From positions 5,037,608-5,069,607 of the forward strand of contig CP126532.1 of NCBI GenBank assembly GCA_030167145.1: a stretch of 32,000 bases of DNA, in the 5' to 3' direction. Source of the stretch: Ktedonobacterales bacterium (GTDB lineage: Bacteria; Chloroflexota; Ktedonobacteria; Ktedonobacterales; JADMIN01). The notes under the pieces were generated by a model. That model ran no database searches. It was not told the DNA's origin and saw nothing but the letters and a program-made list of their open reading frames with translations. Of the stretch, positions 25,900 through 32,000 are shown piece by piece. Every line of letters begins with the position of its first letter. Within the stretch, counting starts at the first letter, position 1. The position numbers and the translations under genes are program-made.

Positions 25900-27768
25900 C
25901 TAGCTCAGGGTGTAGTGGCCGATGAACGTACCCCAGTTGGCGAGAATCGTTCGTGGTGCGTTCGGAATATACTCGTTTGCGAGCCAGATCGAGCCATCTG
26001 GCATGGCAACCGCGGCAGAGTAGTCGCCCCAGCGAGCGATGCCATCAGGGGCGAACGGGACATAGCCGGTGAAGCCATCGTCGAGGCCTTGGCCTGCGCC
26101 ACCGATGTAGATGTTACCGTATACGCCGGTTCCGTTGATATGGATGTACGCCATGCCGGGGAAGCGGTGCGCGCCTACTATCGTGAAGCTCATGATGCCC
26201 TCGCCACTCGCGTTAACAGCGATGGACGGGAACAGCACGCTGCTCATCTGGTCAGCGGCCACATAGCCCTGCTGATACATCTTCGCGCCAAGACTGTTAT
26301 TGTTCCAGTTTGGGCGAACGATAAAGTACGCAATGCCTACGCGAGCGTTTTGGCCCGGCGCCTGGATAACCGTGTTGACCGGCCCGTACAGCAGATTCTG
26401 CGAGAACGACACCTGGTTCATTCGGTCGTCGTTGCTGTTCAACGTTTCCATCGGGCTGAATGGGCACTTACCAGGCGTACTGTCAGCGTTCGGGCAGTAC
26501 GGGTTTGGCGTCTGATACAGATAGTCACGCAGTGGCAGCGGACCGAACTTCTGACGTGCGGCCGGTGGCTGCCCGTAGATGTAGCTGTGAATGACACGCA
26601 CGTGAATCGCCACATCCGGCTGAGACCGGGTTAGCGATTTCGTATTGGTGAGCGCCCAGACGGCGATGCGATCATCCAGCGGCGCAGGACCGAACTGGAG
26701 CGCGCTCATCATGTATTCGATGCCCTTGTACTTGCTCTGGTTGGCCGCATCATCGGCGTTGTTATCGCCGGGAGCGCGCTCAGCCGGTTGGAGCGAGTAG
26801 GACAGGCCACCGTACGACGCCAGGTAGTCAGCGGCGTTGATGTGGACAATTGTTGGCAGCGCGCCACCATGAGCTGCGTCTTCGAGCCGCGACTTCGACA
26901 TGGCGTAGACCTGTGCGCCATTGAAGCTGGTCTCGGAGAACTCATTGGTGGTCATGTAAAAGCCGTAGCCGTCCGCTCCAATTAGCGGCTGGTCGCCGAA
27001 GCAGGGGCAGCCACCGTGCGCTGGCGTGCCATTCGCGCCGTCATCGGTTACGTCGTATGTGAAGACGGCCCATGCGCCAGTTGGATCCGAGGTCAGGCTT
27101 ACCGCGACTACATTATAGTTGCGGTTTGTTGCGCCAGGATTCGTGCCGTTATCCTGCTCTAATTCGGTGAGGAACCAGGTGCTGGTGGCATTGTCGTAAT
27201 AGCACTTCGGATCGCTGATGAACGGACCTGTGATACCAGTGTTGCGGTCAATCTCCGGCGCGAAGCCGAAGAACTGGCTCAGCGCCGTTGGGCCGCTCAG
27301 CATGTTGCCGGTTGTGTCATAGATCGCCATCGCGTTGTTGATGGCCTCGACCACAAAGCTGTTGTTGGCGCAGAGTCCCTGGTCTGGCGGCTCGAGGCTA
27401 AACTGTGTGTTGACGTAGGCGTCTGTGCCGGCGAGACGCTGATCGGCATGGGTCAGACCGCTGAATCCACTAAAGGCAGACGGATTGTTGGTCACGACCT
27501 TGATTGGCGACGGGCTGGGTGTATTGGTTGGCGGAGGACCACCTGACCCTGAACCGTTCGGAACCTTGGGTGTGCCCTCGAAATCGTTGTGGATTTCGTT
27601 GTTGACGACCGATGAATCCTTCGGTGAGATGTGCTGGATTGTTCGGCCAACGGTCGCCTTATGCACCAATTTCAGGTGCTGATACGAGATGTGTCTGTCG
27701 GCTCCCGCTTGAGCCGAAGGTCTGGTGAGGAACAGTGTCGCTAACATCATCGCCAGCACAGCAATCAA
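25900..27768 (-). CDS. Large secreted protein of unknown function. The N-terminal signal peptide is interrupted by an in-frame TGA, so this may be a pseudogene or a readthrough case
   Basis: 622-aa ORF from TTG 27768. The codon immediately upstream (27769-27771) is TGA. Twelve codons further up, in the same frame, is ATG 27807 with a GGGAGAAGG Shine-Dalgarno. I cannot assign the mature region to a family ('RWGDYS' near the C-terminus; Gly/Asn/Thr-rich). Confidence 0.7.
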   Translation of the reverse strand: MIAVLAMMLATLFLTRPSAQAGADRHISYQHLKLVHKATVGRTIQHISPKDSSVVNNEIHNDFEGTPKVPNGSGSGGPPPTNTPSPSPIKVVTNNPSAFSGFSGLTHADQRLAGTDAYVNTQFSLEPPDQGLCANNSFVVEAINNAMAIYDTTGNMLSGPTALSQFFGFAPEIDRNTGITGPFISDPKCYYDNATSTWFLTELEQDNGTNPGATNRNYNVVAVSLTSDPTGAWAVFTYDVTDDGANGTPAHGGCPCFGDQPLIGADGYGFYMTTNEFSETSFNGAQVYAMSKSRLEDAAHGGALPTIVHINAADYLASYGGLSYSLQPAERAPGDNNADDAANQSKYKGIEYMMSALQFGPAPLDDRIAVWALTNTKSLTRSQPDVAIHVRVIHSYIYGQPPAARQKFGPLPLRDYLYQTPNPYCPNADSTPGKCPFSPMETLNSNDDRMNQVSFSQNLLYGPVNTVIQAPGQNARVGIAYFIVRPNWNNNSLGAKMYQQGYVAADQMSSVLFPSIAVNASGEGIMSFTIVGAHRFPGMAYIHINGTGVYGNIYIGGAGQGLDDGFTGYVPFAPDGIARWGDYSAAVAMPDGSIWLANEYIPNAPRTILANWGTFIGHYTLS

Positions 27769-27807
27769 TCATCCACCCGCGATGAGAAATTTGCGATTCT
27801 TACGCAT
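27769..27807 (-). other. Orphaned start codon plus signal-peptide n-region (MRKNRKFLIAGG, then TGA), in frame with the 622-aa ORF
   Basis: The minus strand reads AACGGGAGAAGGC ATG CGT AAG AAT CGC AAA TTT CTC ATC GCG GGT GGA TGA TTG ATT GCT GTG... I checked the frame codon by codon against the track ORF. Confidence 0.65.
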
Positions 27808-28383
27808 GCCTTCTCCCGTTATTTGACCTAGCAAATGAGCGGATCGTCGCATCTCGTGCTGCATGCAACGTCGGTAGAGTTGACCCATACTATCGCGGTA
27901 CGAGGAAAAAGCAGGGTCATCAGCAACCGCTTGGAGAAAGAATCCACGACCCGAATAGACCTGACAGACCTACGGTGCTTGGAACGCCAAGTTTAGCCTC
28001 TTTGCCTCACCTACTCCACCGTCGCACCACATTTCACGAGGCCTACATCCGCGCACACGACACCCAAACACAAAGACGAACTATGTTGCTTGGTGTAACA
28101 GTCTACTCCGATATGTCCCGCAATTCGGAACAAATATCTGCCACCCTACCACCAGGATCCATAACGATACTTAAGGATACATGAAACAACATGCTCATGC
28201 TGGATGCGCATGGATACGAGTCGTAGCGCAGAAAGATCGTCGAAGCTGATAGAATACGGATACACATTCACAAGATGCGGGAACGGAAGATGCTGTATTC
28301 TATCGGCATGGCATCATCGAAATGTGGAACCTCAACAGGCATAGTATGAGATAGAACTGATAGTTAAGGGAGGCCAGATTCTT

Positions 28384-29745
28384 ATGGGGAGCGCACCGGC
28401 GATAGACCCCAAAATCTTCAGCGCATACGATGTTCGTGGCATTTATCCCACCGATCTTAACGACGACGCAGCGTATCAAATTGGCCGTGCGATGGTGCAG
28501 TATCTCCGGGTCCAGGAGGTCGCCGTAGGCCGTGACATGCGCATGTCGTCGCCTGCGCTGGCTGCCGCGCTAATCAATGGCATCACCGATCAGGGCGCAG
28601 ATGCCATTGATCTGGGGCTGACGACCACCGATGAGTTGTACTTTGCGGTTGGCAAGTTTGGGTATCCCGCAGGCGTGATGGTGACCGCTTCGCACAATCC
28701 TGGCAAGTACAACGGACTCAAGATGTGCCGTGCGGATGCTGTGGCGATTAGCTCTGAGACCGGCGGCAATGCGATCCGCGACATTGCAACTTCCGGCAAC
28801 TTCATCCAACCACAGCACAAGGGACGAGTCGTGACTCGTGATGTTACCGATGACTATGTGCAGCATGCCCTCTCGTTTGTTGATGTCTCGAAGATTCTCC
28901 CGTACAAAGTCGCGATTGACGCAGGCAATGGCATGGCTGGCATGATCATCCCTCGTGTCTTCATGCATCTGCCCTGCACGCTTGTGCCGATGTATTTCGA
29001 GTTGGATGGGTCCTTCCCTAACCATCCGGCCAGTCCTATTGAGCCGGAAAATACCGAGGAGTTGCGCCGCGTCGTGGTGGAACAGCACTGCGACATGGGT
29101 GTAGCATTTGACGGCGATGCGGATCGGATGTTTCTGATTTCAGAGAAAGGGCAGTTACTTGGCGGTGATATGGTAACGGCGCTCGTGTCAGAAAACCTGC
29201 TTCGTCGTGCTCCTGGTTCAACGATCCTCTACAACCTGATCTGCTCTCGAAGCGTACCTGAAGTGATTGCCGCCAACGGTGGGCACGCCGTGCGTACACG
29301 TGTGGGGCACTCTTTCATCAAGGCGCAGATGCGCGAGTACAATGCCATCTTTGGCGGCGAGCATTCCGGGCACTTCTATTTCCGCGACAACTGGTACGCT
29401 GACTCGGGCTTGATCGCGTTTCTGATCGTGCTCGAACTCGTCAGCCAGAGCGGAAAGACGGTCTCAGAATTGCTGAAACCCATTGATACGCGCTTCCGTA
29501 GTGGCGAAGTGAATAGTGAGGTACGTGAGCAGAAAGCCAAAATCGCGGAACTTGAACGATACTACAGCGCCCAGGGCGCCCAGATAGATTATCTGGATGG
29601 CATCACGGTCTCGTTCCCGACTTGGTGGGCCAACATACGTCCTTCGAACACTGAACCACTTCTGCGCCTTAACGTCGAAGCGGATACGCGCGGAGAGATG
29701 GAACAGAAACGGGATGAGTTGTTGCGGCTGATTCGCCAGTCATAA
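28384..29745 (+). CDS. manB: Phosphomannomutase/phosphoglucomutase (alpha-D-phosphohexomutase family)
   Basis: Phosphoserine loop 'TASHNPGKYNGLK', metal loop 'FDGDADR' and sugar loop 'GGEHSGH'. AAGGGAGG Shine-Dalgarno. 453 aa. Confidence 0.92.
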   Translation: MGSAPAIDPKIFSAYDVRGIYPTDLNDDAAYQIGRAMVQYLRVQEVAVGRDMRMSSPALAAALINGITDQGADAIDLGLTTTDELYFAVGKFGYPAGVMVTASHNPGKYNGLKMCRADAVAISSETGGNAIRDIATSGNFIQPQHKGRVVTRDVTDDYVQHALSFVDVSKILPYKVAIDAGNGMAGMIIPRVFMHLPCTLVPMYFELDGSFPNHPASPIEPENTEELRRVVVEQHCDMGVAFDGDADRMFLISEKGQLLGGDMVTALVSENLLRRAPGSTILYNLICSRSVPEVIAANGGHAVRTRVGHSFIKAQMREYNAIFGGEHSGHFYFRDNWYADSGLIAFLIVLELVSQSGKTVSELLKPIDTRFRSGEVNSEVREQKAKIAELERYYSAQGAQIDYLDGITVSFPTWWANIRPSNTEPLLRLNVEADTRGEMEQKRDELLRLIRQS

Positions 29746-29803
29746 CCGCCATTCCCGTTCAACCAATGACTTCTCGAGTTCACCCCTCCTAAGGAGGCCA
29801 GCA

Positions 29804-30565
29804 GTGGGCGTGCTCTCACGTTTCAGCAACTACATCAAAACGGTTATGAGTTCATTCCTGGACCGCGCAGAAGATCCAGGTCAGACACTTGACTACTCGT
29901 ATCAGAAGCAGCTTGAGCAGCTTCAGAATCTGCGCCGTAGCATTGCGGACGTGGTGACGAGCGAGAAGCGCCTCGAACTCCAGCAAGCGCAAGTCACCTC
30001 ACAAATGGATAAGTACGATCAGCAAGCACGGCTCGCGCTTTCACAGAATCGGGAGGATCTCGCGCGGCTCGCGCTGGAGCGCAAGCAAGCGCTGCAGGCG
30101 CAGACCGGCACATTCGAGCAACAGATCGCACAACTCAAAGACCAGCAACAGAAGTTTGTCGTCATGGAGCAGCGCCTCTCTACGCGCGTGGAAGCCTTCC
30201 GCACACAAAAGGAGATGGTGAAGGCCCAGTATGGTGCTGCACAGGCTCAGGTCAAGATTCAAGAGGCGGCCAGTGGCATCTCAGAGGAGATGTCGGACGT
30301 GAATCTGGCAGTAGAGCGCGCTCAAGACCGAGTGCTGCAAATGCAAGCCCGAGCGAATGCGCTCGACGAATTGACTTCCTCTGGCACACTGCCGCAGATT
30401 GGTGCTGGTGGCGACCAACTCGACGCACAGCTGGCTGCTCTCTCGAATCAGTCTGAAGTGGACCGACAACTTACCGAGTTGAAGTCACAAATGCAGATAC
30501 CCGGCGCACAGCAGGGCCAGGCACAGCTACCACCAGCTGAAAATACGCCCAATTCGCAAGGTTAG
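29804..30565 (+). CDS. pspA: PspA/IM30 family protein (phage shock protein A-like)
   Basis: GTG start with an AAGGAGG Shine-Dalgarno 6 nt upstream. N-terminus 'LSRFSNYIKTVMSSFLDRAEDPGQTLDYSYQK', followed by a long Gln/Ala/Glu-rich coiled coil. Confidence 0.88.
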   Translation: MGVLSRFSNYIKTVMSSFLDRAEDPGQTLDYSYQKQLEQLQNLRRSIADVVTSEKRLELQQAQVTSQMDKYDQQARLALSQNREDLARLALERKQALQAQTGTFEQQIAQLKDQQQKFVVMEQRLSTRVEAFRTQKEMVKAQYGAAQAQVKIQEAASGISEEMSDVNLAVERAQDRVLQMQARANALDELTSSGTLPQIGAGGDQLDAQLAALSNQSEVDRQLTELKSQMQIPGAQQGQAQLPPAENTPNSQG

Positions 30566-30579
30566 GGGAGGGGACGCTG

Positions 30580-30867
30580 ATGATTGTGCGTATCCTGACC
30601 GAAGATCAATACCGACTTGCCGACACTCATATGGATGAGGTTCGTAAGCTCGATGATGAGCTTGACGCTGCGCTTGAAGCCAACGACAGCACCCGTTTCG
30701 ACGCATCTCTGGAAGAATTGGTCGCTCTTGTGCGTGCTCATGGCCAACCGCTGCCAATGGATGAGGTCGTAGCGTCAGATCTTATCGTACCTGCGCCCGA
30801 TATGTCGCTCGCGGAAGCGAAGACGCGCCTGAGCGCTATTGAAGCAAAGGCGCAACCAGAAGAGTAG
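30580..30867 (+). CDS. PspA-associated protein PspAA
   Basis: 'MIVRILTEDQYRL...LDDELDAALEANDSTRFDASLEELVALVRAHGQPLPMDEVVASDLIVPAPDMSLAEA' closely resembles the PspAA proteins I recall from actinomycetes (MIVRIMGEGQ...). It lies directly after pspA, with a GGGGAGGGG Shine-Dalgarno. Confidence 0.75.
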   Translation: MIVRILTEDQYRLADTHMDEVRKLDDELDAALEANDSTRFDASLEELVALVRAHGQPLPMDEVVASDLIVPAPDMSLAEAKTRLSAIEAKAQPEE

Positions 30868-30887
30868 TGGTCGTAACACAACGCAGT

Positions 30888-30933
30888 GGGCAGGAGTTGT
30901 GGTGATTTCACCAGTCTCCTGCCCGTTTTCGTT
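30888..30933 (+). terminator. Rho-independent terminator after pspA-PspAA
   Basis: GGGCAGGAG (30888-30896) pairs perfectly with CTCCTGCCC (30916-30924). There is an inner TGGTG/CACCA stem, and the hairpin is followed by GTTTTCGTT. It sits 21 nt after the PspAA stop, between convergent genes. Confidence 0.7.
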
Positions 30934-30957
30934 GGCGCTGTTCATGTTACTTGTGCA

Positions 30958-31545
30958 TTACAATGGCAGATCCCACACCGGATACCATCGCTCAAATTCT
31001 TGCTCGATGGGCATTTCTTTCTCCATTGCCGAAGCCAGACGCAACTCTTCTGGGTTATTGCGGCGCCGAAGCCTGTCGCGCGTGTCTTTCACAGGCACAA
31101 ACGGATAGAAGAAACCGCGCTTATAGTTATACATCCAGTACAATTCGTGGCCATCAGCATCCTTGAAGCCAAAGATTGCGAAGAGCAATTGGCTTCCATA
31201 GCCTTGATCTAGCAGGGTGCGGCTGGCAACATGGATCGTTGTCACCAGCCCTTGGAAGTCGCCGCCCTCAAAGATCAGCCAGGAGTAACCAAGGTCGTCT
31301 TTTACAGAGCGATAGTGGACGCCAGTCGCGTCCTTCTGCGCGACATCGAGCAGCGCGTCAAGGTCGCGCTGAATCTGCGCGAATGGCCCAGACGCGACAT
31401 CTTTAAAGCACATCGCAGCCGTGCCTGTCGAAGTCAACCCTTGAGCCGTTTCCAAGGCAAGTTGCGCTGTGCTCATGGCAAAGAGTCGCTCAGGACCTAC
31501 TGGCACTGGTTTCTGATGCCCAAAGAGTGCGTCTAGAAAGCCCAT
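30958..31545 (-). CDS. Hypothetical protein, PspAB-like (tentative)
   Basis: ATG 31545 with a GAGAGGA Shine-Dalgarno. 195 aa beginning 'MGFLDALFGHQKPV', with '...YKRGFFYPFVP...' and ending '...RWYPVWDLPL'. It resembles proteins I recall next to pspA/PspAA in actinomycetes. The family name is from memory only. Confidence 0.5.
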   Translation of the reverse strand: MGFLDALFGHQKPVPVGPERLFAMSTAQLALETAQGLTSTGTAAMCFKDVASGPFAQIQRDLDALLDVAQKDATGVHYRSVKDDLGYSWLIFEGGDFQGLVTTIHVASRTLLDQGYGSQLLFAIFGFKDADGHELYWMYNYKRGFFYPFVPVKDTRDRLRRRNNPEELRLASAMEKEMPIEQEFERWYPVWDLPL

Positions 31546-31592
31546 CCGCTCGCATCCTCTCGTTGCTTCGCGCAACAGCTTACTGCCCGCAC

Positions 31593-32000
31593 TTATCCAA
31601 GGTATTGCGCGCTTTCCATTTGCTTCTGCATCTCTTTCAGCCGCCGCACACGATCTTCTGTCGAGGGGTGCGTAGAAAAGAGGGTGGCAAGGGAATCGCC
31701 GCGAATTGCTGGAACGATAAACAGCGCGCTTACTGATGCGGCCTGCCGAAAATCGCGTTGTGGGATGCGTGGCCCGGAGTTGTGTATCACATTATCCAGT
31801 CGGATAAGCGCCGACGCTAGATTCTGTGGTGCGCCTGTGATCAGTGCTGCGCCACGGTCAGCCGCGAGTTCACGATAACGCGAAAGGGTGCGGATAAGCA
31901 CAAAACTGACGGCATAGGCCACTAGAGACGCAAGCAATACCAGTATGAAAGCGTTGCCTTCGCCGTCGTCACGCCTACGCCCGTAGCCACCGCCATATCC
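31593..32000 (-). CDS. htpX: M48-family zinc metalloprotease HtpX, C-terminal part (5' end beyond the window)
   Basis: The frame is open to nt 32000 (GYGGGYGRRRDDGEGNAF...). It has a TM segment, then 'LSRYRELAADRGAALITG' (HtpX SRxRExxAD region) and '...STHPSTEDRVRRL'. The HEXXH motif would lie outside the window. Confidence 0.8.
   Translation of the reverse strand, partial: GYGGGYGRRRDDGEGNAFILVLLASLVAYAVSFVLIRTLSRYRELAADRGAALITGAPQNLASALIRLDNVIHNSGPRIPQRDFRQAASVSALFIVPAIRGDSLATLFSTHPSTEDRVRRLKEMQKQMESAQYLG

Noticed and set aside
25915-26634. 239-aa plus-strand ORF inside the 622-aa secreted-protein gene
   Set aside because: It is an Arg/Val/His-rich antisense frame. The minus-strand frame is much longer and has the signal peptide and Shine-Dalgarno.
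27769-27771. TGA as a reassigned sense codon (genetic code 4/25) or selenocysteine
   Set aside because: TGA terminates zwf (10950-10952) and opcA (12164-12166) at the expected family lengths, so it is a normal stop in this genome. A Sec residue in the hydrophobic core of a signal peptide has no rationale, and I see no obvious SECIS-like hairpin immediately downstream. Local nonsense mutation, sequencing error or readthrough remain as explanations.
27975-28184. 69-aa GTG ORF in the manB upstream gap
   Set aside because: No RBS, low-complexity Thr/Leu/His composition, and AT-richer DNA unlike the surrounding coding regions.
28275-28349. 24-codon upstream ORF (MRERKMLYSIGMASSKCGTSTGIV) as a leader peptide for manB
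   Set aside because: No Shine-Dalgarno, no attenuator-like alternative hairpins that I could see, and no codon bias suggestive of a regulatory leader.
1-32000. Search by eye for CRISPR arrays, tRNA/rRNA genes, IS elements, integrases, and long direct or terminal inverted repeats
   Set aside because: I found no spaced repeat arrays, no T-loop (GGTTCGAATCC-like) signatures in the intergenic regions, and no transposase- or integrase-like ORFs. A computational scan (tRNAscan-SE, Infernal, ISEScan, repeat finders) is still needed to exclude them.

Overview
This is a densely coding chromosomal window of moderately high GC, judged by eye and not computed. I count about 29 protein-coding genes on both strands. 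I could not recognise any rRNA, tRNA, CRISPR array, transposase or integrase by reading the sequence.

The centre of the window is a co-directional oxidative pentose-phosphate operon at about 5437-13615. It contains a fused transaldolase/glucose-6-P isomerase, short-form 6-phosphogluconate dehydrogenase, zwf, opcA, pgl and rpe. The zwf/opcA and opcA/pgl junctions both overlap as ATGA.

Around it are housekeeping genes:
- dinB, glycerate kinase and a PlsC-type acyltransferase
- pncB, abutted by a DUF1992 gene
- a PAP2 phosphatase, PPK2 and an ABC1/UbiB kinase
- a second, short transaldolase downstream of a DUF2231-Rieske membrane protein
- a solitary hutH, and phosphomannomutase/phosphoglucomutase

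The parts most worth a second look:
1. A three-gene module at 13724-15666 (DUF6884-like protein, orphan ParA/MinD-type ATPase, and an overlapping small basic partner that is not ParB). It sits between the pentose-phosphate operon and pncB.
2. A 622-aa secreted protein whose otherwise textbook signal peptide is split by one in-frame TGA at 27769-27771.
3. An envelope-stress locus at the right edge, with pspA-PspAA converging on a PspAB-like gene and htpX.

The gene content (tal-pgi fusion, opcA, PspAA) fits a Chloroflexota- or Actinomycetota-like organism. That is a low-confidence guess from memory of family distributions, not a search result.
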